DNA of 64,000 bases from Octopus sinensis (GCF_006345805.1 NC_043010.1:54808001-54872000); one strand, 5' to 3'. Positions 39,320-53,036 are shown, numbered from the stretch's first letter. Notes: generated by a model not told the origin, from the letters alone. Made by a program: numbers and translations.

Positions 39320-39508
39320 ATAGGAGTGGCTCTGTGGTAAGTAGCTTGATTACGAACCACATGGTTTCGGGTACAGTCCCACTGCGTGGCATCTTGGGCG
39401 AGTGTCTTCTGCTATAGCCCCGGGCCGACCAATGTCTTGTGAGTGGATTTGGTAGACGGAAACGGAAAGAAGCCTGTCGTATATATGTATATATATATAT
39501 TATATATA

Positions 39509-39564
<56 letters not shown>

Positions 39565-39790
39565 GTATGTGTGTGTGTTTGTGTGTCTGTGTTTGTCCCC
39601 CTAGCATTGCTTGACAACTGATGCTGGTGTGTTTACGTCCCCGTCACTTAGCGGTTCGGCAAAAAGCGACCGATAGAATAAGTACTGGGCTTACAAAGAA
39701 TAAGTCCCGGGGTCGATTTGCTCGACTAAAGGCGGTGCTCCAGCATGGCCGCAGTCAAATGACTGAAACAAGTAAAAGAGTAAAGAGTAT
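39320..39790 (+). mobile_element. SINE family A, full length
   Basis: AGGAGTGGCTCTGTGGTAAG head to GAAACAAGTAAAAGAGTAAAGAGTA tail. Confidence 0.9.
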
Positions 39791-40059
39791 ATCATTTTTG
39801 TACCGAGTATATCTCCGCTAGACGGGAACAAGTGTCAGGACAATACTCCTGACATTTCACGTTTTGTGTCACGCTGACCTTTCTTGAGAATCACATTAAA
39901 GGTACACGTAAAGTAGAGTTCTAAGCGACTTGCACGTTAATTCCGCGAGCTGGTTGTTTCGTTCTTCAAATCAGTTGGTACACTCGGCGTTGTGATTCAA
40001 CGTAACATCAGTCTATATTATTTTGACTTAATAGTATTAAAATACGAAAGCAGTGCCGA

Positions 40060-41707
40060 TGACCACTTACTTTGCAAATATACAACAAATTGTCGCCGCT
40101 GGAATGTCTTTGCGCATCACTGAATATCACTCGCTCGTTTGCCTGGGCGAAATTCGAAGAGTAAAGAATATAAACTTAGATAAACTTAGATATGTTTCGA
40201 CCAAAGATTGGTCCAGGCCATGTCTAACTTAATAGCACCACCTGATAGGATTATTCAATCCTGTTTAAGGCAACTTTTGTTCAAGTAGTGAGTTCTTGTT
40301 GGGTGAGTTGTATCAAGTTTTGTTCAAATAGTGAGTTCTTGTTGGGTGAGTTGTATCCAATTATGGGTGGCTTATCTGGTATTCTTTGAAGGAATCTATC
40401 CTGACTCCGTTTAAAGTTGATGGGATACTTTTCCTCTTTGATCTCCTTCGGGACAATGTTAAATAGGGTAGGGCCTGTTGAGGAAAAGAAATTATGTTGC
40501 AGTGTACATGTATGTTGTGATCTTGAACTGGGCAGGGGTCCCAGTCTTGGATGAACCTTGAAGCTAATGTTAAGGTCGTTTGGGCAAAGTTGGCGGTATA
40601 TTCTCCACATCGTACAAATGAGGTACCGCTCACGGCGACGCTGGAGGGAGTAAAGTTTCAAGGCTTTAAGGCGATCCCAATAATCGAGAGCGGCCATGCC
40701 TTCAATTCGTTTAGTGAGTGCCCTCTCGGGAGACTCAATTCTGGAGATGTTTTGTCTTGTATGGGGAAACCACAGTGGGCAGTAGTATTCAAGGTGTGGC
40801 CGTACAAGGGAGGAAAAAAGTGGTATGATGACACCTTGTTCTCTGGACCGGAAAGTTCTTAAGATCCTGGAACTCATCCTACGAGCTATATCGACCTTCT
40901 TGTTGATGTGTGCACTCCAACTGAGATCGTCATCAACAATTACACCCAGGTCTCTGATATTGTTAGAGGCTGTGAGCGGTTCCCCTGAAGGAAGAGAGTA
41001 TGGTTGTTTTAGTGAGGAATTTCTTCCAAAATGCATCAGCTCAAATTTTCCCTCATTCAGTTGCATTTTGTTTCTGTCTGCCCGTTGACTTACGGCATAT
41101 AGATCAGACTGGAGTTGAGTTCGGTCTGCTTCTTCATTGACGATTTGCTGGAGCTTAGTGTCATCAGCAAATATTTTCACTTTGCAGTACTGTACGACAC
41201 TGGAAAGGTTGTTTATGTAAATTATGAAGAGTAGCGGACCCAAAACAGTCCAGGAATATTTTATTCACGTTAAATTGGAAAAAGAAAATTATATTCGAAA
41301 AGTCGTACTATACGTCTATTCAGAATTTGTCTGTTACTTTATGCCAGTTCAAAATATCCTGTAGTCTTATTAGGATCTCTCATCAAACGTGTCTACATCA
41401 ATTTGACCAATTTCTGAGAAATAGGCAGCTATTTTGTGTATATACTCTACAATTCTTGTAGCAACAGGGAACTGGAGTTAATGATATGCATGTAAGAATG
41501 TTTAGTTTCAAAGAATACAAACGAATGCAGAGGGAGGTCGTTATTGACAATGAAATTACCAGTAAGGATAATATGGAAAGTGTTTAATGGAAGGATCTGG
41601 ACGAAGCGGAATCTGCACCACGAATGTATGACACTGTTAATGGTAGATGATGAAGTTAATACAGAAAAAAAATAAACAAGTACAGCAAACGAACTTTTCA
41701 TTTTGTA
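40060..41707. repeat. Locally duplicated unique segment, copy 1 (40060-40172 plus 41252-41707, split by the LINE)
   Basis: Aligns to 42862-43437; both copies give minus-strand ORFs ending [13 protein letters not shown] in the supplied track. Confidence 0.9.
40171..41251 (-). mobile_element. 5'-truncated CR1/L2-type LINE, RT C-terminal half open for 320 aa (40281-41243)
   Basis: GPLLFIIYINNL, IFADDTKL, IRDLGVIVDDDLSWSAHI, SLVRPHLEY, LYSLQRRRERY; tail (TCTAAGTTTA)2; a 43-bp tandem duplication lies at the ORF end (40275-40360). Confidence 0.95.
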
Positions 41708-42489
41708 TTAAAGAGTAAAATAACTTACTCTCCTCAAATCGGAGACCATAACTGATTGCTTGCAACAGAGTAGACTGTACCGAAAGAATTCAATGTAATA
41801 GGCAGGAATGTTGAACCGAGGAAAAGCTTAAGACAATAGCTGAGAAAATGCAAAGTATTTTTGTTACGTAAAACATGTTTATTGGTGGTTCTGTGCTAGC
41901 TGAATACTGAAAGAGGACAATCAAATACAATCGCAGTAGCAAGCTAGACGAAACTAATTAATACAATACATTTAGAATTAAACACACAGCTACTATTCTA
42001 ATATCAATAGAGATTTCGTAGACTCTAAATATTTCAGAAATGAACACCGTATTCGAATTTTCGAACAGAGCAGCAATTGCTTTTAATAATATGTTCTCGG
42101 TAAACATTTATGTTCATAATTCCACACACTTCTATTCATTTAAGAAGACTGAGAGCTGGCAATTAACAGCTGTTGGTCTCCTCCTACTTTTAGCTCGAAG
42201 AATATCTGATTTGATTAATTTCACATTATACATGTATCAAGTATCCATAGATTTCTTGAGTGGTGTATATTTCCTTGTCTTCTGTATCATTATTGGCATT
42301 TAATACATGGTCAGCATCAAGTGAAATTTCCATAGAATTTAAAACGTGATCCAAAGTAATGGTGGACAGCTACTCAAAATGTAATGAATATGCGTGCATA
42401 TATGTATATATATACATGCGCGTATGTGTGTGTGTGCGCACGTACATATACATACATATATATATATATAATATATATATATATACATA

Positions 42490-42544
<55 letters not shown>

Positions 42545-42861
42545 GATATATATATACATATATATGAATATATATGCACGTGTATTATATATGTACACAT
42601 GCATATATATATATATATATACGTATATATGTATATATGTATATATATATATATGTGTGTGTGTATGTGTACCTGTGTATGTATGTATATGTATGTATTT
42701 ATATTCACATACACACGCACACACACTCAAATATTGTTTAATAAGACTTTGATTGAGTTACATGAAACCGTAAGTTTCGAATCAATGTCTTATAAACCAA
42801 TGTATGTAAATCGTACTAAATATGCTGAGAGTTTCTATCGTTTGTCCTCGCACTCGTTAAA

Positions 42862-43437
42862 GATAAACTTTACAAATATACGAGAGGTTGTCGCCACTGG
42901 AATGTCGTTGCGCATCACTGAATATCACACGCTCGTTTGCTTGGGCGAAATTCGAAGAGTAAAGATTATAAGGAATATTTTCATCACGTTAAATTGGAAA
43001 AAAGAAAATTATATTCCAAAAGTCGTACTTATGCGTCTATTCATAATTCGTCTGTCATTTAATGCCAGTTTAAAATATATTGTAATCTTATTAGGGCCTC
43101 ATCAAACGTGTCTACATCAATTTGAGCAATTACAGAGAAATAGGCATTCTGTTTATATACTCTACAATTCCTGTAGCAACAGGGAACTGGCGTTAATAAT
43201 ATGCATGTTGTAAGAATTTTTAGGTTCAAAGAAAAGTGGAATACAGATGGAGGTTGTTACTGACAATGAAATTACCAGTAAGGATAATATAGAAAGTGTC
43301 TCTTGGAAGGATCTGTGGGGAATGAAGCCAGGACGAAGCAGAATCTGCACCACGATTGTACGACACTCCTAATGGTTAATGATGAAGGTAATGCAGAGAA
43401 AAAAAGCAAGTACAGTAAACGAACTTTTCATTTTGTA
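42862..43437. repeat. Locally duplicated unique segment, copy 2 (LINE-free)
   Basis: Contains the empty site AGTAAAGATTATA|AGGAATATT. Confidence 0.9.
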
Positions 43438-43984
43438 CCAAATATTTGATCAGAAAATGTGAAGACTCTTGTCTCAGAAAATGATAGCCTCGCGTCGCCC
43501 CAACGCTATATGAGTCTTATTTACTAGGTGAAGACGTGGCTCTAAGAGAAAATAGAACTGACATTTCTCCCCACCGGAAATATTTGAGTACCAAAGCATT
43601 TTTATGTAGCTCAAATCAAAGGTTGACACGCCACAGTTTTGTATTTGCTGTTTGCCAGCGTTTATCTCTCATTCCACTTACGTACATGCGTACAATAATA
43701 CATGCATATACATGTACGTACGTGTATAAATCACGCTGTAGATTAGACCTGAAACGCTTGTTTTCAATTCAAAATATATTTACTTAAAGTTATTTACATT
43801 AAAAACATTTGTTAATTGGTGTTCGTTATAGCCGAGAATAATTGCAACAAGAACAACAGAAAGGCGGTCGCTTTACAAGTTAAGTGAAATCTGCTCAAAA
43901 ATCCTTGACTCATGTCACAGTGGAATAATGGAAAATGTTTTATTGGTTTCAAATTTTAACACAATGCCAGCAATTTCCGGGAGA

Positions 43985-44160
43985 GGGAAAGGTGACAACG
44001 TTGACGCGAATATCCAGCTGGTACTTAGTTTATCGACTTTGAAAGGATGAAAGGCAAAGTTGACCACGACTGCATTTGAAATCAGAGTGTACATTCTGAA
44101 GAAATGCCGCTAAGCAGTTTTTCCGGCACGGTCTCGATTATGACAACATACCACCTTAAA
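43985..44160 (-). mobile_element. SINE family B, degenerate
   Basis: CTGGTACTTAGTTTATCGACTTTGAAAGGATGAAAGGCAAAGTTGACC. Confidence 0.65.
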
Positions 44161-44671
44161 CTGATAATAAATACTTTAAAAATCGACATTAGGTTTAGGA
44201 TTAAGATCAAGGTTTTGAGATGTAGGGATTACTCGATATCATCGAATCCAGTAATTGACAGATTAATTATAGAATCAACAGCGGGTGGATAAAAGCAAAA
44301 TTGACAGCAAAAAGAGTTGTACTAAGAATGATTTTGCCACATTGACGTTTTATAAAACGATATCAAATATTATTATTATTTAGAATATTTTAAAATGGGA
44401 TTAGTTATTCAGTTGAGCTGCATTTAGAATATGTGCTTACTCTAGAGAGCGCTTGGGATTTGCAACTCATTAATAAAATAAGATATCTACTCTTTTAATA
44501 ATATCATTACATAATGATAAATTTAATATGTATCAGAGAATTGTCGAGAATAATAGCATATTTAAATTTTGCTAAAGAAATACATTTAGGAAAAGGATTT
44601 TGTTTTTGCTAAAATATTTCATTTAGACTCAATTCTATTAAGAAGATGGCTCTGTTTAAAAGTTTATATAT

Positions 44672-44852
44672 ATTGTGTGGTAAGTAGCTTGCTTATCAAA
44701 CCACATGGTTCCGTGTTCCGTCTACTGCGTGGCATCTTGGGGCAAGTGTCTTCTGCTATAGCCCCGGGCCCGAACCAATGCCTTGTGAAGTGGATTTGTA
44801 GACGGAAACTGAAAAGAAGCCTGTCGTATATATGTATATATATATATGATAT

Positions 44853-44900
<48 letters not shown>

Positions 44901-45148
44901 GTGTATATGTTTGTGTGTCTGTTTTGCCCCCCACCATCGCTTGACAACCAATGCTGGTGTGTTTACGTCCCCGTCACTTAGCGGTTCGGCAAAAAGAGAC
45001 CGATATAGAATAAGTACTGGGCTTACAAAGAATAAGCCCCGGGGTCGATTTGCTCGACTAAAGGCGGTGCTCCAGCATGGCCGCAGTCAAATGACTGAAC
45101 AAGTAAAAAAAGAGTAAAGAGTAAAGAGTAAAAGAGAGTAAAAGAGTA
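44672..45148 (+). mobile_element. SINE family A, near full length with (AAGAGT)n-like tail
   Basis: TGTGGTAAGTAGCTTGC head to AAGAGTAAAGAGTAAAGAGTAAAAGAG tail. Confidence 0.9.
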
Positions 45149-45207
45149 TATGTGCGTGTTGTGTTGTGTGTGTATACATATGCTTACATGCTATATGTTT
45201 TTATGTA

Positions 45208-45253
<46 letters not shown>

Positions 45254-45644
45254 GTTATAAGAAAATTATTTTCATTTAAAGATAACGATATATATGAGGT
45301 CATATAGAAGTAGTAGAGACTAAAATGAGATAGGTAGCAAGAACCAACCTAGAAAAAGAAATATGAGATATAGGTCACATTCAAAGTAAAGTCCTTAAAA
45401 ATTAATCAATCTCAAGTGAAAATCTACTGGGAATAATCAAGAGATAAACTATCAAATTTTATTCTATATTATCTAAATCAAATTCAGAAGCTTATAAAAC
45501 TAATTTGTTAGTAAATGATAAATATGAACCTAGGTTTTATTTTGTTTTTGTCTAAATAAATGTCACGTAACTCTAAATTATTATCTTCTGCCGGGAACAG
45601 TTCATATTACTCATTATGATATTAATATATATATATTATATATA

Positions 45645-45850
45645 TAGTTAATCCAAATAAGAAAACACAGAAAAAAAGAGAAAAAAAACACAGCAACGCG
45701 AGGACGTGGAACAATTAAAGTATTATTGACGCTCAGGAAAGAAGGGAAGGAGGGTCTAACGTTTCGAGCGGAGCTCTTCGTCGGAAACAAGAAGGAAAGA
45801 TCCCAAGAAGGGAAGACAGAGGAAAAAATATTTTAGCTGGTGGTGCTCAA
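45645..45850 (-). mobile_element. Short dispersed repeat carrying a hammerhead-like motif (probable Penelope pLTR)
   Basis: Reverse-complement homologue of 48893-49095; both end in GGATTAACTATAT plus (TA)n. Confidence 0.65.
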
Positions 45851-46438
45851 GAGATCCCATATATATGTATATATGTATTCATATATATATATAAATATAT
45901 ATATATATCTATATGTTTATATATATGTGTGTGTGTGTGTGTATCTTCATATGTGTATTTACGTTTGTGTGTACGTGCGTGTTTAAGCGTCTATGGGTGC
46001 ATGCATGCATGTATGTATGTACCTATATGTAGCTAAATATCGAACTACATATTTAAGTGTGTGTATGTAATACGGCAAGGTATATTTCAATGCAATACAC
46101 ACACACGAGCGCGCGTGCACGCGTACACACTCGTACACACATAACCACACACACACTAATTCACTCACTCTCATATAAACTTACACAGAAATACATTTTA
46201 ACGCCAACGTATTAATTTCGATGAAAAAATATTATCAGATTGTCAGAGACAAAACAAATATTTTTCTCCGAAGATTACAAATATCAAACATATAAGTGAT
46301 TTTCAAAGATCTACTGAACGTCAGCAAGACCTTGGAATTTATATAAGACGCCAATATATTTCACAGTGAAACGAAAAGAAATATTAATGGGATAACTTTT
46401 TCTGTATTTGTCTCTTTGTTATTACATTTGTTATTACA

Positions 46439-46834
46439 TATTTATATATAAAAGTCAAGTTGTGTGTCTGTCTCCTACGATTTAGATTCCTAACTACTCC
46501 CACATTTTGCGGTGCAGTTTAACCAAAACCGGGTATCTTACAGTCGTGATTCATATCGAGCCCTTCTGGGTATTAGCGCGCGTCTACGATGAGTCTACGA
46601 TTTAAAAAAAAAATTACCATCATTTTTTTCCATTTTCATGCATTTTTTCGCTATTATATAAGGGAAGTAACTCTCTAAAAATGTCTACGATGAGTCAATG
46701 ATTTAAAAAAAAAATTACTATCATTTTTTTCCATTTTTAATGCATTTTTTGCTATTTTTTGGCTATGACTCTCTAAAAATGCTTATATAGTTATTCCCCT
46801 TACAAACCCGAGCAAAGCCGGGCGATACTGCTAG
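46439..46834 (+). mobile_element. Non-autonomous Helitron (complete)
   Basis: Same family as 10734-11129; 5' TC has become TA, 3' GCAAAGCCGGGCGATACTGCTAG|T. Confidence 0.9.
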
Positions 46835-47142
46835 TTTTATTCATAAAATTTCTTTCTCTTTTAATCTAGCATTGTATTTTATGCATCCTGCAATCATTTG
46901 CATAGGATATATGAACGACGCATACGAAATTGGTGAGCAGTGTAAGAATGTGTGCATCTTTCCAGCCGTTGAATTTCCTTTCCCGTTTCAATCGATATCT
47001 ACCCGAAACATTTCTGATGACGTCTTTAAAGAATTATAGTTTGGAACTCAACACCTCTTGAAAAACTCTTCCTTTCAGCAGCTTCGACAGTCTATACTTT
47101 ATATATTTATATACATACATACATACATTCTTACATACATTC

Positions 47143-47173
<31 letters not shown>

Positions 47174-47415
47174 CATACATACATACATACATACAGACAG
47201 ACATACATATATACATACATATATACATACATACATTCATTCATACATACATAGATACATACATACATACATACAGACAGACAGACAGACACACACACAT
47301 ATGTGTGTGTGCGTGTACATATATATATGTATATACGTCTATCTATAGATAGATAGATATGTATACACGCGCATATATGTATATGTAAATGCAGAAATAC
47401 ACGAACACACACATA

Positions 47416-47457
<42 letters not shown>

Positions 47458-47689
47458 AATATATATATATATGAATAGATCTCAACTACACATAAAGTTA
47501 TGTGTGCAGTATCGTACTTGTTCTACCTCCACACACACAACACACCCTCTATACATTATATATATAATATTTATATATATATATATATACCACTTATATA
47601 CTATATATCTATTATCTATATACATATAATATATATATAATATTCATATACATATATATATATATCTATATATATATAATATAGATATC

Positions 47690-47722
<33 letters not shown>

Positions 47723-47881
47723 CTATATATATATATATATATACATATATATATAATATATATCTATATATATATATACATATATATATATATAATACAT
47801 ATTATATATATATATAGATATAATAATATAATATATTATATATATATATATACATATATAATATATATAATACAATATAAC

Positions 47882-47964
<83 letters not shown>

Positions 47965-48815
47965 CATACATATGTAAGTATCTAAAGGGAACTGATCCGC
48001 AGACAGGAACAAGGATATATGCATGCTAAAGATATAAAATGTAGCCTGAGAGAGAAAGTTAGTTTCCAAAGTGTTTCTTTCAGTTTCTAGACAAGCAATT
48101 GCATATGATGTGTAAGTGAAAAGAAACACTCGCATGTTTAATGGGTTTAGACAAGAGACTATGGGAAAGCATGCGATAGCATACGTTTGACAACAGATTC
48201 TGATCAGTACTGCTGTGAAACGTCAACTCGGATATGGTATCTGTAAACGTGGAAATTGGTAATGAAATTACTGAGCGAAATCCACCAAGGTGGATAACAG
48301 ACGTAGCCCATCAAGTTTTTCTATGAGACAAAATTGCATTAAAGTCATGTATATTCTCCCTCCGTTTCTCTCTCATTCTCATTGTATATTATATTCGAAA
48401 CTATTTCGTCCAGTACTTTCGATATATTTTCAAGACGACAGGAAGCTATTCGGCTGAGATCGAGTTGAGTCGCAGCTCCTAATGCATTAACATTATATAA
48501 ATATATAGGTATGTATGTATGTATGATGTATGTATGTATGTATGTATGTATGTATGTATGTATCAATGAATGAATGTATGTATGTAGAGAGATAGACAGA
48601 TAGATATGTCGATATAAATTATTAAGGTGACTATACGCAATTTACGAAAGAAAGGCAACAAGTATAGTCTTGAATAAAGCGACTGACGGTGCTTGTCAAT
48701 ACCACCATTGCTAGAAGTAAGAGTTGTTTTGTTTCTTATTTCTAGCAAAACTGGTCCTTATTAGCACCCTCAGTCACACTAGTTACATACAATACATACA
48801 TACATATATATTCAT

Positions 48816-48873
<58 letters not shown>

Positions 48874-48892
48874 TTGTGTGTGACCTTGTGAG

Positions 48893-49095
48893 TACCGCTG
48901 GCGATTTTTTTCCCTATGTCTTCCCTTCTCTGGATCTTTCCTTCTCCTATGTTTCCGACGAAGAGCTCCGCTCGAAACGTTAAACCCTCCTTCTTCCCTT
49001 CTTTCCTGAGCGTCCAATAATACTTTATTTGTTCCACGTCCTCGCGTTGTTGTGTTTTTTTGTTTTTTTTCGTGTTTTCTTGTTTGGATTAACTA
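48893..49095 (+). mobile_element. Short dispersed repeat carrying a hammerhead-like motif (48951-48985)
   Basis: GUUU-CCGACGA-A-GAGC/UCC/GCUC-GAAACGU-U-AAAC; second copy at 45645-45850. Confidence 0.65.
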
Positions 49096-50104
49096 TATAT
49101 ATATATATATATGTTTGTGTGTGTGTGTGTGTGTGGTGTGTGTGTAATGAAAATTCAAACAGGTGAACACTTTGTACTCTATGTACGCTATGAACGTTCG
49201 CTCAATGACCTGGAATTCCAGAATATATAAGATGTTTATACTTGTATATGATTACATCTTAAACATTCTTACATTATCACGAATAATTTTATGATTTTAT
49301 TTAAAATCTTGAATCCGTACATATTCTCTGATGAAGGAAATCTGGATTACTGACGTTGAAAAGGAAAGAGCCGTAAGATTCTTTCCTATCTATTAGATTC
49401 GATTCAGGACATGTCTATTGGATTATTATGAACTGTCATCTCATCTGCTTCAGACATTTTGATTTGTCTGTATGTATTTATGCAAGTCTTCGTCCCACTT
49501 TGATTTGGGCACTGAATTACACTATAATATGTATATTGTTATATGATACATGTTTGCATATTTATAATGGCTTGTATATACTATATACCCTTTGTGGTTG
49601 GCTTTGATGAGGAGCATTATTGGCCTTGAAATTCGTCTCTACCTAATCAATACTTTGTATGTATGTATGTATGTTGTATCTATTTAATCTATATATATTA
49701 TATATAGATATATATATATTATATATATATATATATATAGATATATATATATATATAATATAGATATATATACATACAATGCACACCACATATACATACC
49801 CTTATATTTATATATCACAATATTTTTTATGTGAATGCTGTCCCGGTTCTTTAAGGGCAGCAGTACTATGGGAGCATGTATTTTAACAGCGCATGGTTGC
49901 ATACAGCACATATTGGGGATTGCCTAATCGTGGTGTATGCCACCTTTGCGTCACTCAGGTTACAAACATCCAACCCATGAGTCTAATTTGTATAGACGAT
50001 GATGATGATGCAGGTTTTGCATTGTCAGAGTGCAAATCCTACCTCGACCTATTTTGATCACCTTTTACGGCGCACAGAGAAAACATTGAGCTCATTCTTT
50101 AACA

Positions 50105-50242
50105 TGCTGGTCCCCCAAAATAGCACTAATGCAACGTGAAAGGAAGAGTTTTGCTCAAGAACACAGCATGACAAAGTCCGGGAATCGAACCCACAGTCTA
50201 GCGATCTTGGGTGCAACAGCTTAACCGCTAAGCAACGTGGCT
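50105..50242 (-). mobile_element. SINE family E head fragment
   Basis: GCAACGTGAAAGGAAGAGTTTTGCTCAAGAACAC...CCGGGAATCGAACCC...TAACCGCTAAGCAACGTG. Confidence 0.65.
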
Positions 50243-51689
50243 TTTTGTACTATATGTTATTAATCAAACGACATCTCTGAAACTTCAACAACTAATCTCA
50301 ATACGTCCAGCAAGTAGTCTATCATCTTGAAACTGTATCTTACACCTCAATATATAATGATTTGCTGGAAGATAATTGGTGACAAAAGTGCAGTATTAAT
50401 GTATATGTCTGGTTTATGTGCCACATGTTAATTAATGTTTATTTCCTGGAAAATAGAGAAAGGTGTATGATCGATGAAAGATTGCAGGTCAATTAGTTTC
50501 GAACGATTGTCTTCACACGTACTCAATATATGGTCGGGGAAAAGTTGCCATGATACTAATAAGTTTGTAGATGGAGTTTTTCTCGTGTGAACTGAAATAA
50601 AAACAATTAAAGTGAAACGATACTGTTTTATGCTTTATTCCTCATTTCTAAAGCTAATCGGAAATTGATGAAGGTGGTGGTACCAAGAGAATTTACGATA
50701 TCTTAAGCATTCGGAGAACCAACTATATGCTTTCATTTCCATCAGTACCTGTTACAGAATGTGGATTGAATGAAAGGTGAATTCCATTGTGAGTATTTCG
50801 TGTTGCTTCTTCTGTATTTAATGCCATTATCAGAATACAAATCTCTCTTTTAAGTTTTTGCATTAGACACTAATAACTGATGAACATTAAATTATCCGAA
50901 ATTGATTCAAACCATGGAAATGACTGCAAAAATATTAATGTTGTTTACCCTCGAGGAAAGATAACTGCACATTTAATTAATGAAACTTGTAATAATGAAA
51001 TAAGGGCTAGAATATTTAAATTTGAGTGTTGGATATTTCTAGTGGATCTGAATATTAAGATAAAACAAGAGATTTCTTTTTACTGGTGATGAATTATTTC
51101 TAAAGGAAAAGCATTGCACCCGGAGGTATCTCATTATTATAGAATATCTCCGACGTCTATCATTGTATTAGATGTTCGTTTCCAGTCCATTTTACTAATA
51201 TGAAGTCTAAATGATTCTCATGAGCAATGCAAGATTTATTCGTTTAAGAGCAGATAATTTTGAAATCCCTGCAGACAACATTTCTGAATACTGATAGAGG
51301 ATGGATCTCATAATTCAAAATAAGATTTGTTGTCCAATTTTATGACTAATTTATTTCACTGGCATTCCACGTTCACCAGCATGCAATAAAAAACAAGAAT
51401 ATGTTTTCGATAATGAAGTACGTCAAAGCAAGCAGCGTTAATTCTTTGAAAGCGGGGAAGATGATGAATAGATTACTTGTTGCAAACTAATCTATTATTT
51501 GCAATGATAAGGAATGTGGTGCTTGGGACTTCGGAGAAGAATGAATCGAAGTATGAATGATTGACATGGAAGAAGGAGCCCTAAACAAAAGCATATTTAG
51601 GAAGATTTACAAACCGAAAAGCGAATCGCATTCTCTTTGAAATGGAAAGAGAACAAAGGAGAAAGTAATTATAGGAATTTACATACCGG

Positions 51690-51845
51690 TGAGATGTGTT
51701 TGATTGGTTAAGAAGCTAGGCGTACAGACACGTGGGACTGGGCTCAGTCTCAATGCATGTTATGTTGAATAAATAACTTCTACCATAGCTCCAGCACGAC
51801 CGTAGCCTTGTGAGTCAATCTGATTGACGGAAATTATGTGCGTGC
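51690..51845 (+). mobile_element. Old SINE family A head
   Basis: GGTTAAGAAGCT...CTTCTACCATAGCTCCAGCACGACCGTAGCCTTGTGAGT...GACGGAAA. Confidence 0.55.
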
Positions 51846-51975
51846 CAGGTAATCGAATATATATATATATATATAATATATATATATAATATATTATATA
51901 GATATATATATATATATAGATATATATATATATATATATTTGTATTATCTATCTATCTATATATGTCTATCTATC

Positions 51976-52015
<40 letters not shown>

Positions 52016-52119
52016 TATATTATATTTTAGAAAACTAAAAGAGATATAATTGGAATTTTATCGGTGAGGGTGTTAAACTATAAGGCACAAAAACTAAATG
52101 ACTTTCCCCAGATGCGACA

Positions 52120-52468
52120 GAAATATTAATATTTTTACCTTAAAATATTCTTCACGGCATAATCTCCAAAACAGTTACTCAACAACATCACACGGTACTA
52201 AAACAATATAATCTGAAATTGCTCTTTAAGAAGGACATTGATGATAATACTTTCTGCCACGAACACTCGGCCGGCGGTTGATAGGAATTAGTTAAGGTCG
52301 ATCCCCGCATACGGCTGCTACATTATCATTACCGAAATGATCAAAGGCAAAGTCTACCTACCCGGAATGTGAATTCAGAAATTAAAAGACAAGGAATGTC
52401 ACTATGCCCTTTACCCTGAGTAATAACAATGCTGCCAGTTTGCAGCCACCTTAACAACAGTAACAAGT
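52120..52468. repeat. Inverted local duplication, copy 1 (partner 54663-55000)
   Basis: Aligns to the reverse complement of 54663-55000 at roughly 80% by eye, including a shared decayed SINE B. Confidence 0.85.
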
Positions 52469-52469
52469 A

Positions 52470-53036
52470 TTGAATTGAACGGACAGTTCGTGCCGATTTT
52501 TAAAGGAAAGAAATAGGTCAATAAATACTTGCCATTACATTTTTAATCAACCAAATATGAACCATTTTGGTGCACAATGCGTCTCCATCTTTCCTTTAAC
52601 TTGAAAATACCCGCTTCCTAGAATTGAGGTGGTTTCATGGCAAAGAATTTAAGGTATTTTTTTATGTCATCCAAGGAATTGAAATTTTTACCATTAAGAC
52701 TATTATTCTGCAAAGACCTGAATAAATGGAAATCTGAAGGAGCAATATCTGGTGAATATGGAGGGTGGGGTAACATATCCTAGCCGAGCTGCAGCAATTT
52801 TCGTCTGGTTCCCAAATCATCAAGTGCCGAAATTGAACTTTCTTATCTTCCATTTTAAAGGGTTACAGAATCAACACAGGTTATAGGAACATAAACCTTC
52901 TTCCACGAAAAAATAGCTTAAACTGTGCTCTAAATGGAGGTGTAGTGAAATCCTATTTTATGGACTCAGCCATGTTCTAAAAATAAGTCGAAAGGTAAGA
53001 TATCATAAATCGGCACGAACTCTCTGGACAACCCAA
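52470..53036 (-). mobile_element. Internally deleted mariner, same family as 26131-26583
   Basis: TA|degenerate left TIR, right TIR AAATCGGCACGAACTCTCTGGACAACCCAA|TA; MEDKKVQFRHLMIW N-terminus fused to the HPPYSPDIAPSDFH region. Confidence 0.9.

Noticed and set aside
49265-49310. CTGATGA motif (also at about 770, 23594, 39170, 47016)
   Set aside because: No downstream GAAA with compatible helices.
50860-51690. EGF-repeat-like snippets (GNDCKN, ECGAWDFGEE*, and EC*KG at about 55200 minus)
   Set aside because: Too short and stop-interrupted to support a call without a profile search.
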